Assembly: GCA_965140585.1 (NCBI GenBank)
Contig: OZ223270.1
Span: 320,001-384,000 of the forward strand
DNA length: 64,000 nucleotides
Direction of reading: 5' to 3'
Source of the DNA: Spirochaetia bacterium
GTDB lineage: Bacteria; Spirochaetota; Spirochaetia; UBA9216
The notes under the pieces were generated by a model, which saw only the letters and a list, made by a program, of their open reading frames with translations, searched no databases and had not been told where the DNA came from. Below are positions 47,749-57,593 of this stretch, in pieces; the first letter of the stretch is position 1, and every line of letters begins with the position of its first letter. The translations under genes were made by a program, and so were the position numbers.

Positions 47749-48258
47749 ATGACTACTGTCAAAGAAGATAAGATTGCTAAAGCCTGTAACATCCTTTTTG
47801 GCGAAGATTTTACAGTAGATAAAGACACAATAAATTACATACAGATCTCCGGTATAAAAAGAGCATTCAGAACAAAAGTAAAGGAATGTCATCCGGATAT
47901 CGCCATCCAGCGGGGTGAAACGGAAAATGCTGAAAAGCAGTTTATTACGCTTAAAGCTGCATACGATTTTCTGGTTTCCGTAAAAACAACACCTGCAGCG
48001 GAACGCTCCTACTCTAAAAAAGAAAGTTCAACACGCAGCGTTCCCAGACGAAGACTTAGACTTGGAGAATACCTTTACTATGCAGGAAAAATTGACTGGA
48101 ATCAGTTTATTTCAGCAATGGCATGGCAGAACATCTCTGAAAAAAAGAACAGCCGTAAACCAAGAATCGGAGACTACTTCATTATTAATAGTATTCTCTC
48201 CCCTTCCGAGATCGGTTTTGCAGTTTTCAAGATGAATATTCATAATTCTAATTATTAA
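47749..48258 (+). CDS. J-domain protein with C-terminal MshEN-like motifs
   Basis: IKRAFR....CHPD...F..LKAAYDFL J domain; RLGEYLYYAGKIDWNQFISAMAWQ and RIGDYF repeats. Confidence 0.8.
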   Translation: MTTVKEDKIAKACNILFGEDFTVDKDTINYIQISGIKRAFRTKVKECHPDIAIQRGETENAEKQFITLKAAYDFLVSVKTTPAAERSYSKKESSTRSVPRRRLRLGEYLYYAGKIDWNQFISAMAWQNISEKKNSRKPRIGDYFIINSILSPSEIGFAVFKMNIHNSNY

Positions 48259-48845
48259 AAAAGGACTACCCGTCCACCGTCTTCCGTACCGCTTAAACGT
48301 TCCTTGTACTCTTTCATGAGTCTGTCGAGGTTTGTTCGGTCGGTTTTTATCTTTCTAACTTTAACCCGGAAATCCTTAACATCCAGATAAATTTTTCTGG
48401 CCAAAACCCCGCCGGTATCTTCAGCGGCTACAGGGATTCTTTCAGTTTTAAGAAATTCGAGAGCAAACTTGATGTTTTCTTTTCCAATTTCCATGTGACT
48501 TGATTTGGTTTCAAGAACACTGCTGCCGCCGAAAACCTTGGCTACAAAATTACTTTTCCGCCCCCCGGCTTTCAGAAGCAGATTTATAAGCGCCTCCATA
48601 GCAAACACTCCGTATCTTTCCAGGTTAAAATATTTTTCACGGCTTTTTATTGCTTCCATATCAACAGTCTTTGTAAGCATGAAATGATTAAGCCCGCTGA
48701 ATTTTATTGAGGGATCTGTCAGCGCCACAGCTACACATGAGCCAAGAACAGTATTTATCATTATATCTTCCCCGGAAGCAAAGAATTCTCCCGGGGCAAT
48801 GTTCATTGTCTGTTTCTGAAACTTGCTGTCAAAATACTGATACAT
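48255..48845 (-). CDS. cheD: Chemoreceptor glutamine deamidase CheD
   Basis: TVLGSCVAV, NHFML, AKVFGG, EDTGG...RKI. Confidence 0.95.
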   Translation of the reverse strand: MYQYFDSKFQKQTMNIAPGEFFASGEDIMINTVLGSCVAVALTDPSIKFSGLNHFMLTKTVDMEAIKSREKYFNLERYGVFAMEALINLLLKAGGRKSNFVAKVFGGSSVLETKSSHMEIGKENIKFALEFLKTERIPVAAEDTGGVLARKIYLDVKDFRVKVRKIKTDRTNLDRLMKEYKERLSGTEDGGRVVLF

Positions 48846-48861
48846 TATCTGATTACTTTTT

Positions 48862-49227
48862 TCAGCCTATAACCTTTTTCACAGTGGCAATAAGTTTATC
48901 GTTGGAAAAAGGCTTTACTATCCATCCGGTTGCACCGGCATTTTTGCCTTCCTGCATTATAGAAGCCTGAGATTCAGTTGTAAGAACCAGAATAGGTGTG
49001 AATTTATGAATATCCGTAGCCCTCAATTCTTTTACCATGGTTATTCCGTCCATATTAGGCATATTCACATCTGTAATTATCAAATCAACCTTTTCAGATT
49101 TCAGCTTGTTAAGCCCATCCTGCCCGTCACAGGCTTCCATGGTTTCATATCCATTCTCTTTCAGAATAAAACTGACACTCTGTCTTATTGCATTTGAGTC
49201 ATCTACTATTATTATTTTCTGGGCCAT
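48862..49227 (-). CDS. cheY: Single-domain response regulator CheY
   Basis: VDDS, ITDVNMPNMDG, LTTE, GWIVKPF. Confidence 0.92.
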   Translation of the reverse strand: MAQKIIIVDDSNAIRQSVSFILKENGYETMEACDGQDGLNKLKSEKVDLIITDVNMPNMDGITMVKELRATDIHKFTPILVLTTESQASIMQEGKNAGATGWIVKPFSNDKLIATVKKVIG

Positions 49228-49241
49228 TCTGTACTCCTTAT

Positions 49242-51017
49242 TTAAAACAATGTAATCTCACCTGCTTCCAGAGCAGATTCTTCAACTTCAAAGCCGCTGA
49301 TATCACCGGCCGTTTTTTTATGGGTGTATATTGTAAATTTGTCAATAACTGTATTCAGCGAATCATTTTCAATCCGCCATTCTGAAAGTCCTCTGTTTTT
49401 AAGATTTTCCAGATAAACCGGTTCAACAGTCTTCTTCAGCTTTGAAAGCTGATTAATAACATCTCCCATATCTTTTGCCAGGATCTTCAGATCCTCCATC
49501 TCCTGCACTGAAATACTGAACAGATCCTTGAACTCACGTGTAAAAAAATTCAGTTTATTAAGTGTGGATGAGAAGTTCACATTTATTTCATGGAAATTGG
49601 CAGAGTGCACTTCGACATCCTTTGTAAAAAGACCTAAAAACTGTTTTTCTACTTTCAGATATTCATTGTATTCCGAATATATTTCACCTGTAGTGCCGAT
49701 AAATTTTCCAGTAAACTTCTGACCATCTTTAATCTGTTCCTGAATTCTGGTTACAAGCTCAGTCATATCATCAACGGATCCGACCATCTCACTGAGCATT
49801 CTGCTCTTTGTTAATTCGATACGGGAAAGAACAGTAACATTCTGCAGCCAATCCGAAATTTTTTCAAAATTGACAATATCATCGGATATGCTGCGGACAT
49901 GTGACAGAATCTCTGTAATTATCTTAAGATGCTCTCTGCGTTTTTCAGACAGGCTATTGATATTATTCTGAAGTTTAAGAAAGATATCTTTCGCCATCCC
50001 GATACCGGCTACCTTCTGTTCAAAAGAACTTACAGCCCTGCTTTTATCAGCCTGGATAGATTCGAGTTTGGTACTTGCATTATTAAAATTTTCTAGAAAA
50101 ACACGAATCGTTGCATTAAGCCTTTCGGTAACCTCTTCAACCATAGAAACAGCAAGATCAATAAGTCTCAACCCGAACATAACCCTGTCCATCTGCTCAT
50201 CAGAAAGCGGCTGAGCTGAGTTGAGTATCGGATCGAATTCGGGGAGCTCCTTAATCGAAAGCAAAATCTGATCTATGGTCTGCCTGATTATATCCTGCTG
50301 CTGAAGTTCCTGCATAATTCGAAGGATATAGGAACGGACCTCATCCGACTCCCTTCTGAGCTGAAGAAGAAGAGTACTAATTATTTCCGACTCATTCTGA
50401 AAAGTATCCAGATTTGCCATTATCTGTCTTTCAACAGTATCCAGAAGGACCTTACGGTCTTCGCTCAGGGCTTTGTCTATAAGCAAAAACTCATCAAGAT
50501 GACGTTTCACTTCTTTACCCTTGAGCTCAAGCAAATCTGTGTTATTTATTGTGTCTCCGGTAACCTTTTTCAGGTTATCTGTAATTACAGAAAAGCCTTC
50601 TCCGCCTTTTCCGGCCCTTACAGCGTTTATCAGGGCGTTTAGCGAGACAATCTGTAGCGATTCTGATATTTCCCGTATTTCATCAATATACGACTGGGAA
50701 TCTGCATACTCCTGTATGGAAGAAGTCAGCCTGTCGGTTATATCCTGATCTTTCTTTTTATTCTCATCCAGCTCAAGCAGGTAATTTCTTGAGGACGACT
50801 TCTGCTCATCGATATAGGAGAGTAAGGTTTTTGATTTTTCATATTCACTTTTACCGCCCGGAATCTGAATAATTGATAAATTCTGAATAAGAGCCTCTGC
50901 AGTCTTAATTCCAGACTCCAGACTGCCCAATAATTCGGGGTAATGTTCAGCAATCCTGCCGAAAATATCTTCAGTTTCTTGTACTACTTTTTCCAGGCTC
51001 ACGTCAGTTAATTTCAT
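49242..51017 (-). CDS. Atypical soluble chemoreceptor-like coiled-coil protein
   Basis: Divergent hairpin tip SLNALINAVRAGKGGEGFSVI; no TM helix; LQQQDIIRQ motif; C-terminal GEITLF. Confidence 0.72.
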   Translation of the reverse strand: MKLTDVSLEKVVQETEDIFGRIAEHYPELLGSLESGIKTAEALIQNLSIIQIPGGKSEYEKSKTLLSYIDEQKSSSRNYLLELDENKKKDQDITDRLTSSIQEYADSQSYIDEIREISESLQIVSLNALINAVRAGKGGEGFSVITDNLKKVTGDTINNTDLLELKGKEVKRHLDEFLLIDKALSEDRKVLLDTVERQIMANLDTFQNESEIISTLLLQLRRESDEVRSYILRIMQELQQQDIIRQTIDQILLSIKELPEFDPILNSAQPLSDEQMDRVMFGLRLIDLAVSMVEEVTERLNATIRVFLENFNNASTKLESIQADKSRAVSSFEQKVAGIGMAKDIFLKLQNNINSLSEKRREHLKIITEILSHVRSISDDIVNFEKISDWLQNVTVLSRIELTKSRMLSEMVGSVDDMTELVTRIQEQIKDGQKFTGKFIGTTGEIYSEYNEYLKVEKQFLGLFTKDVEVHSANFHEINVNFSSTLNKLNFFTREFKDLFSISVQEMEDLKILAKDMGDVINQLSKLKKTVEPVYLENLKNRGLSEWRIENDSLNTVIDKFTIYTHKKTAGDISGFEVEESALEAGEITLF

Positions 51018-52120
51018 TATGATTTAATCATTGCCTCCCTCAGCATATCCTGAGCAATTTTATTCAGAGGAAGGATATTATCGACCCCGCCTTTTTTTAC
51101 AGCCTCATTGGGCATGCCGTATACAACACAGCTTGCTTCATCCTGAGCAATATTGTATGCTCCCGCCTGCTTCATTTCAAGCATCCCTGCAGCTCCATCG
51201 TCGCCCATGCCGGTCATGATAATACCTATAGCATTCTTGCCTGCATACCTTGCTGTTGATCTGAAAAGTACATCTACCGACGGCCGGTGCCTGCTGACAA
51301 GCGGACCATCCTTTATTTCTACATAATATCTTGCACCGCTTCGTTTAAGAAGCATATGCTTATTACCAGGTGCAATTAAAGCATGTCCGCGAAGGACCGT
51401 ATCGTTATTCTCTGCTTCCTTAACTGTTATAGCACAAAGGGTATTAAGTCTCTCGGCAAAACTTCTGGTAAATTTCTCAGGCATGTGCTGAACAATAACA
51501 ATCCCGGGACTGTTTGCCGGCAGCGACTCAAGAAAAAGTTTCAGAGCCTCGGTACCGCCGGTGGAAGCTCCTACTGAAACGACTTTTTCAGTTGTTTCAA
51601 TAACCTTGTAGTTTGCCTGGCCGGGAATAATTACATCGGCTGTAAGTTTGGGGGCGACGCTGTGCTTGGCCATGACTGCTGTCGGGGTAACTCCTCCGCC
51701 GGATTTCCGGCTAACACGTGAGGCTGCAGCGCTCCTTACTGCATCGCTGATTATTATTTTGGACTCCTCAATAAACTGTTTTGTACCAAGCTTCGGTTTT
51801 CTGATAATATCCACCGCCCCTGCTTCAAGCGCATTTATAGCATTCTGGGAATTAGATTCCGCCTGACTTGAACATATTATCACAGGAAGAGGGTTAGTGC
51901 TCATAACCTGACGCAAAAAAGTTATTCCGTCCATCCTCGGCATTTCAATATCCAGAGTAATTACATCCGGTTTCACAGTCTTAAGTTTATCTGCGGCAAC
52001 AAGAGGATCCCTTGCCACACCAATTACTTCGATATCATCAGTGCTGTTAAGGATTTCTGTCATTGTCTGTCTGACAACTGCTGAATCATCAACTACCAGC
52101 ACTTTAATTTTATCTTTCAT
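51017..52120 (-). CDS. cheB: Chemotaxis response regulator methylesterase CheB
   Basis: REC (LDIEMP) plus [25 protein letters not shown]. Confidence 0.96.
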   Translation of the reverse strand: MKDKIKVLVVDDSAVVRQTMTEILNSTDDIEVIGVARDPLVAADKLKTVKPDVITLDIEMPRMDGITFLRQVMSTNPLPVIICSSQAESNSQNAINALEAGAVDIIRKPKLGTKQFIEESKIIISDAVRSAAASRVSRKSGGGVTPTAVMAKHSVAPKLTADVIIPGQANYKVIETTEKVVSVGASTGGTEALKLFLESLPANSPGIVIVQHMPEKFTRSFAERLNTLCAITVKEAENNDTVLRGHALIAPGNKHMLLKRSGARYYVEIKDGPLVSRHRPSVDVLFRSTARYAGKNAIGIIMTGMGDDGAAGMLEMKQAGAYNIAQDEASCVVYGMPNEAVKKGGVDNILPLNKIAQDMLREAMIKS

Positions 52121-52127
52121 ATTTCAA

Positions 52128-52970
52128 CTACTCCTTAAGATAGACGGAAGATCCCACAGTCTCCAAATTGCTTCTCATACCAGCCAGACTTTCCGAATGG
52201 CCGAGAAAAAGATAGGAATGAGGAGTCATATGATTTACCAACCTTCTGATGACATCGGTCTGATTTGCCTTACTGAAATAGATCAGGACATTCCTGCAGA
52301 AAACAATATCATAATGATCTTTGAGTCCATACTGTTCCTTCTTTAAATTAATTTCCCTAAACCTGACTCTGTTGCGGATGAACGGCTTAACCCTTACAAA
52401 CGAAGAGTTTTCACCCTTGCCGCGCATAAAATACTTTTTCTTGAATGCATCGGAAACTACATCAATTTCACGAATCGGATAGATAGCTTTTTTAGCCTTT
52501 TCCAGAACAGAAGGGCTTATATCCGTGGCTGTTATTGAATAATCCAGCGGTCCGTGTTTTTCTATAAACTCCTCCATGAACATAGCCATGTTATAAGGCT
52601 CGGGTCCCGTGGAACAGGCTACGGACCATAACTTTATCTCACGTCTGGTTTTCACAATCTCCGGAAGTGCAGTGTGAAGCATAAATTCAAAATGAGCCGG
52701 TTCCCTCATGAAGTCCGTCTTGTTAGTTGTTATGGCATCTATCATCTCAATGATTTCTTCTTCACCCTGAGGTGTGTTGAAGACAAAATCCACATATTCC
52801 TTAAATGTCGGGATATTCAGAAGCTTCAGTCTTTTCTGAAGCCTGGATTCAAGCAGAGTCCTTTTTACCGGAGGAAGTTTAATTCCTACTTCCTCTTCAA
52901 TAAATGCACTCAGTCTGGAAAATTCCCGGTCTCCGATTTTTTTTATTCCAAGTTCAGCTGTGTTTTCCAT
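52128..52970 (-). CDS. cheR: Chemotaxis methyltransferase CheR
   Basis: TTNKTDFMRE, WSVACSTG.EPY, ATDIS, FCRNVLIYF, LGHSES. Confidence 0.95.
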   Translation of the reverse strand: MENTAELGIKKIGDREFSRLSAFIEEEVGIKLPPVKRTLLESRLQKRLKLLNIPTFKEYVDFVFNTPQGEEEIIEMIDAITTNKTDFMREPAHFEFMLHTALPEIVKTRREIKLWSVACSTGPEPYNMAMFMEEFIEKHGPLDYSITATDISPSVLEKAKKAIYPIREIDVVSDAFKKKYFMRGKGENSSFVRVKPFIRNRVRFREINLKKEQYGLKDHYDIVFCRNVLIYFSKANQTDVIRRLVNHMTPHSYLFLGHSESLAGMRSNLETVGSSVYLKE

Positions 52971-55107
52971 TTACAAAGTTCTCTTCTTTAAGCTTTGATG
53001 TTTTAATCAAACCTTCCGTATCAAGTATTAAAGCAACAGTCCCGTCTCCAAGAATTGTTGCTCCCGAAAACCCTTTTGCATTCTTAAAAATCGATGATAA
53101 TGACTTTATTACCGTCTGATTTTCACCTATTACCCTGTCTACGCAGAAACCAACCTGCTGTCCTTCGGATTTCACTACTACAATCTGTTCAATTTCAGGC
53201 CGTTCATCATCGATACCGAATTCTGTTCTCAGATCGATATAAGGAAGCAATGCGCCCCTGAACGGAATCATTTTCCTGCTTGAACTGCTTGGCCTGTCTT
53301 CTGCCTTACTTTCAATACAGGCTTCAACCACACCCAGAGGAAATATGTAGTTATGATCCGAAACACTTACCAGAAATCCGTCAATAATGGCCAGAGTCAG
53401 GGGCAGTGACAGTGATATCCTGGTAAACTCACCTTCCTGACTTTCTATGCGGACAGTTCCATTGAGGCTTTCAATCTGCCTTTTGACGACATCCATTCCT
53501 ACTCCGCGGCCGGACACATTGGTAACCTGGGCGGCAGTCGAAAATCCCGGGGCAAAAATCATCTGAAAAATCTCTTCTTCAGTAAGACCGCTCTCGGTTG
53601 TTATAATCTTGTTTTTTAATGCCTTGTCCAGTATTTTACGCTTGTTGAGTCCTGCCCCGTCATCTTCAATTATGATGCGTACCGAAGCTCCGGCATGTTC
53701 AGCCTTTAAAGTCAGTGTTCCTTCTCCAGGCTTCCCTGCAGCCCGGCGGACATCAGGGGCCTCTATTCCGTGATCCAGAGAATTTCTAATCAGATGAACC
53801 AACGGATCATTGAGTTTCTCGATAACAGTCTTATCGAGTTCTGTTTCTTCACCCTCTGTTACAAGATTCACGGTTTTGCCCATATCATTTGAAAGATCAC
53901 GAACCAGACGCTTGAACCTGCTGAATGTTGTTCCAATAGGAAGAAGTCTCATACTCATGGTATTCTCACGCAGACTCTCGGTTATCCTTCCAAGCTGTTC
54001 AACCATTGAATGCAGTTCTGCGTTAGTACTTGCACTTTCACGATCAATCCTTGCGTGGACAGTTACGAGCTCACCAACCAGATTTACCAGCTCATCAAGC
54101 TTGTCGGAATTAACTCTGAGTGAAGCGGTACCGGCTTTTTCCTTCTCCGCCCGTTTTTCATTTACTGTTTTTATAAAGTTCTGTTCTGAAAGAGCCTTTT
54201 CAACTGCCTCTTCGGTAGCGATGTTATTTTCAAGTATCAGCTCGCCAAGTCTTTTCTGTTTTCCAAGAAGGTTTCGGAGTGCATCCTCATCAATATCGCC
54301 GCGATCAAGAAGAATCTGGCCCAACTTGGGAGTTGAACCGTCTACGCCCTCAAGGTTTGATTCCGGAACCATTTCAATGATCAGCTCGGATTCATTTTCA
54401 ACAAAGATGAAAACATCTCTTATTTCATTGCCGCCTTTGGAGGAAAGAAGGAGAATATCCCAGAATATATAACATTTTTCAGGATCGATTGAATCAAGAT
54501 CCGGAATGCCGCTGATGTCTGGAAGAACCAGAGTTTCACCAAGTTCTGCCAGCTCCTGTATAAGCAGAATGGGATTAGTCCCGTTCATAAAGATATCTTC
54601 TGAAGGTTTGAATTTTATTCGCCATAAATTTTCAGGTTCTTTCTGCTGTTCCGGCTCAGCTTTCTTCGCCGGGCTGCTTTCTTTCTCTTCCCCTCCCGAA
54701 TCTTTTCCTGCAATCTCCTGAAATTTAACTGCAGCCTGAAACTTTGTAACTATTTCAGATGATTTTTCAATCAAAACCTTTCTTACATCAGGAAGCTCAT
54801 CAGCCTCAATAAGAGCGGTTATGTGATCTCCCGATTTAAGAGTCCAGTCAATCAGTTCCCTGCTTACCGCAAGCTTGTCTTCCCTTACAGCATCAAGAAT
54901 ATTCTCAATATGATGGGTAAATTCAGACACATACTCGAAGCCGAACATGGCCGAAGAGCCCTTAATCGTGTGAATAATTCTGAATACAGCTGAAACCTTC
55001 TCTTTATCATCCGGAAACTCTTCCATCTCAAGAAGTTTAGATTCAAGCGAGCTGAGTAACTCCGTGGCTTCTTCAATAAATGCCGTTTTAAACTGATCAG
55101 CGTTCAT
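52954..55107 (-). CDS. cheA: Chemotaxis histidine kinase CheA
   Basis: FRIIHTIKG Hpt, LDELVNLVGELV, HLIRNSLDHGIE, DDGAG, GFSTA...SGRGVGMDVV, LPLTLAI; start at ATG 55107 with AGGAG. Confidence 0.96.
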   Translation of the reverse strand: MNADQFKTAFIEEATELLSSLESKLLEMEEFPDDKEKVSAVFRIIHTIKGSSAMFGFEYVSEFTHHIENILDAVREDKLAVSRELIDWTLKSGDHITALIEADELPDVRKVLIEKSSEIVTKFQAAVKFQEIAGKDSGGEEKESSPAKKAEPEQQKEPENLWRIKFKPSEDIFMNGTNPILLIQELAELGETLVLPDISGIPDLDSIDPEKCYIFWDILLLSSKGGNEIRDVFIFVENESELIIEMVPESNLEGVDGSTPKLGQILLDRGDIDEDALRNLLGKQKRLGELILENNIATEEAVEKALSEQNFIKTVNEKRAEKEKAGTASLRVNSDKLDELVNLVGELVTVHARIDRESASTNAELHSMVEQLGRITESLRENTMSMRLLPIGTTFSRFKRLVRDLSNDMGKTVNLVTEGEETELDKTVIEKLNDPLVHLIRNSLDHGIEAPDVRRAAGKPGEGTLTLKAEHAGASVRIIIEDDGAGLNKRKILDKALKNKIITTESGLTEEEIFQMIFAPGFSTAAQVTNVSGRGVGMDVVKRQIESLNGTVRIESQEGEFTRISLSLPLTLAIIDGFLVSVSDHNYIFPLGVVEACIESKAEDRPSSSSRKMIPFRGALLPYIDLRTEFGIDDERPEIEQIVVVKSEGQQVGFCVDRVIGENQTVIKSLSSIFKNAKGFSGATILGDGTVALILDTEGLIKTSKLKEENFVNGKHS

Positions 55108-55411
55108 ATCCGGTTCTCCTGATGTTATAACAGTCATCCTGTCCGGTTTTGCTGCAGAGACAGAATCCGTTTGCAACAACCTTCTGATAAATATCTTCGT
55201 TCAGCTCGCCTGTAAAACAGTAAGCGGATCCGCCCTTTTCCGCTGATTTTTGAGCTGATATCAGCAGCTGAATCCCTGATAAATCTATTCGTTCAACTTC
55301 ACTGAGGTTTATGGATCCTTCCTTAGCCTTTTTCAGACCTTCCTTTAAAACTTCAAGAACTTCGGCTGTATTGGCAACAGTAAGATCTCTAAGGATTTTG
55401 CCCTTTTTCAT
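55097..55411 (-). CDS. STAS domain protein of the chemosensory operon
   Basis: LTV..., NLSEVERIDLSGIQLL STAS motif; GGAG before ATG 55411; TTGACT-17-CATAAT promoter at 55510-55482. Confidence 0.82.
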   Translation of the reverse strand: MKKGKILRDLTVANTAEVLEVLKEGLKKAKEGSINLSEVERIDLSGIQLLISAQKSAEKGGSAYCFTGELNEDIYQKVVANGFCLCSKTGQDDCYNIRRTGYER

Positions 55412-55513
55412 CAAAATTTCTCCATCGAAAACCTCAGAAATCATAGATTTTTGAAGTTCCCTATAATTATTCCTGATTTAAATTATGGTGGATCCAAATT
55501 CCAAAGTCAAAGA

Positions 55514-55550
55514 AAGAGGATTCTAAAAAAATAAGTTTTAGAACCCTCTT
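55514..55550 (-). terminator. Hairpin downstream of the vWA gene
   Basis: AAGAGG.TTCTAAAA...TTTTAGAA.CCTCTT inverted repeat. Confidence 0.55.
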
Positions 55551-55627
55551 TAAATATTTTTAATTTTTATGCAGTAATTAAATAATCAGATACCTCCATA
55601 CTGAAAATTCAGCACAAGGATCCTGTT

Positions 55628-57583
55628 TTAATGTTCTGAAGCCGCCATTAGAGCCCTGGTCTTGTATAGCAGTGTCAGAAACTCTGCACGGTATCCATAA
55701 GGATCTTCGCCAAGGGATTTCTTAACAGCACCGATTACATGCTCAATGGACGCCTCCGGGGCATATTCCGACTGCCTCAACATCATTCCCCATTCAGCGA
55801 CGGCTGAGGCAAACATCAGATTCTCGGACAGCTTTTCTGCAGGACGGCTGCTGATCACTTTCTCGGTAAGCAGACTTTCTGTTTCTCCGGGATTCTTATA
55901 CCTGAACTTCAGGTATCCTAGCTCTCCGTTATCTTCGGCACCGTCTGCTGTTGTACTCGTCTGATAGCGCAGAGTTGAAGTAAGTGCACCTTCTGCAGGT
56001 TTAATCTCATAAAGGGCTGTAACGCTGTGTCCGGCACCTATTTCACCGGCATCCTTTTTATCATCATCAAAATCCTGAGCCGCCATAACCCTGTTTTCAT
56101 AGCCAATCAGCCTGTATTCACCTACATATGCCGGGTTGAACTCTATCTGAATCTTCACATCTGAAGCTATTGTAAACATAGTACCTGAAAGCCCTTCTAC
56201 AAGCACCTTCCGGGCCTCATTCAGGGTATCAATATATGCATAGTTTCCATTTCCCTTATCCGCAAGACTTTCCATTCTTGAATCTTTATAATTTCCCATC
56301 CCGAAACCAAGAACTGTCAGGTAGATACCCTGGTCGCGTTTGCTTTCGATTAGCCTTATAAGTTCTCCTTCTGATGATGCGCCGACATTAAAATCTCCAT
56401 CGGTTGCAAGAATAATCCGGTTATTACCGTTTTTAAAGAGATTTTCGGTTGCTACACTGTAGGCAAGCTCAATGCCTTCACCGCCGGCTGTGGATCCGCC
56501 CGCATCAAGGTTATCAATTGCTTCAAAGATCGCATCCTTGTCATTTCCTGAAACAGGAGGTAGTACAAGACCAGCAGACCCTGCATATGCAACAATAGAA
56601 ACACGATCTTCCGGCCGCAGCTGATCAGTCAGCATTGCCATTGCCTGTTTAAGAAGAGGAAGCTTGTTTTCATCCTGCATGGAGCCTGAAGAATCTATCA
56701 GAAAAACGATATTTGATTCAGGAATCTTTTCAAACTCAACAGTTTTGCCCTGAAGGCCGACCATCAACAGCAGATTGTCCTCATTCCATGGACAGGCGGC
56801 AAGCTCAGTATTCAGACTGAAGGGCTCGCTCCCCTCCGGCTGGGGATAGTCATAGTCAAAGTAGTTTATAAGCTCTTCTATCCTGACCGAATCAGGATAA
56901 GGCATACTTCCATTATTAAGGAACCGCCGTACATTTGAATATGAAGCAGTATCAACATCTATCGAAAAGGTGGACAGAGGCTGTTCTGCTGGGCTATAAA
57001 ACGCATTTTCATAGATTCTGCTGTATTCCTCGGTATTAAAATCCTCAGGTGCAGCTGCACTCGATATACTGTCGTCAAAAAAATCAGCAGAGATCTCTTC
57101 ATCAGCTATGGCCAGCCCCATCGGCGCATTCATCCTCTTCATCTCAGCCGCCGGAGCTGACAGCTGTTTGGCCAGCTTATTAGCAGCCTCCTCCTTCCTC
57201 AGGGCGTTTTTAGTTTCGACAGCATAATCACGCTCCTGTTCAGTTGTTCTCACTTCAGCAGACTCGGCGGCACCTGCCCCCCTTAGAACCCTGCTGATTT
57301 CCGGTCTTACGGCAAAGGTGAGTACAAGAACCAGCGCCGCAGCAAGCCCTGCGGCTCCTACGAAGGCTTTTCTATGCATTATTAAAAACGGAACTTTTTT
57401 CCGATCCTTTTCTTCCATTTTTGAAATCAGCTCAGACTTAAGCCTGGCCTTGAATTCTGCATCCGGCTCGGCATCGGGTCTGCTTTTTATAAGTTCGTCT
57501 ATCAGCTTTTTCAATTCAGCCTCCTCATTTCTGAGTGAAGGGTCAATCCGGTATAAATCTTGTAGAATCTCATTAATATTCAT
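55628..57583 (-). CDS. Membrane-anchored von Willebrand factor A protein (YfbK/DUF3520 type) with anti-sigma-like N-terminus
   Basis: STFSIDVDTASYS, RIEELINYF, MIDAS DSSGSM, ATDGDFNVG, RLIGYENR; N-terminal P..EFKARLK segment plus TM helix; AAGGAG 6 nt before ATG 57583. Confidence 0.9.
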   Translation of the reverse strand: MNINEILQDLYRIDPSLRNEEAELKKLIDELIKSRPDAEPDAEFKARLKSELISKMEEKDRKKVPFLIMHRKAFVGAAGLAAALVLVLTFAVRPEISRVLRGAGAAESAEVRTTEQERDYAVETKNALRKEEAANKLAKQLSAPAAEMKRMNAPMGLAIADEEISADFFDDSISSAAAPEDFNTEEYSRIYENAFYSPAEQPLSTFSIDVDTASYSNVRRFLNNGSMPYPDSVRIEELINYFDYDYPQPEGSEPFSLNTELAACPWNEDNLLLMVGLQGKTVEFEKIPESNIVFLIDSSGSMQDENKLPLLKQAMAMLTDQLRPEDRVSIVAYAGSAGLVLPPVSGNDKDAIFEAIDNLDAGGSTAGGEGIELAYSVATENLFKNGNNRIILATDGDFNVGASSEGELIRLIESKRDQGIYLTVLGFGMGNYKDSRMESLADKGNGNYAYIDTLNEARKVLVEGLSGTMFTIASDVKIQIEFNPAYVGEYRLIGYENRVMAAQDFDDDKKDAGEIGAGHSVTALYEIKPAEGALTSTLRYQTSTTADGAEDNGELGYLKFRYKNPGETESLLTEKVISSRPAEKLSENLMFASAVAEWGMMLRQSEYAPEASIEHVIGAVKKSLGEDPYGYRAEFLTLLYKTRALMAASEH

Positions 57584-57593
57584 CATCAGCTCC

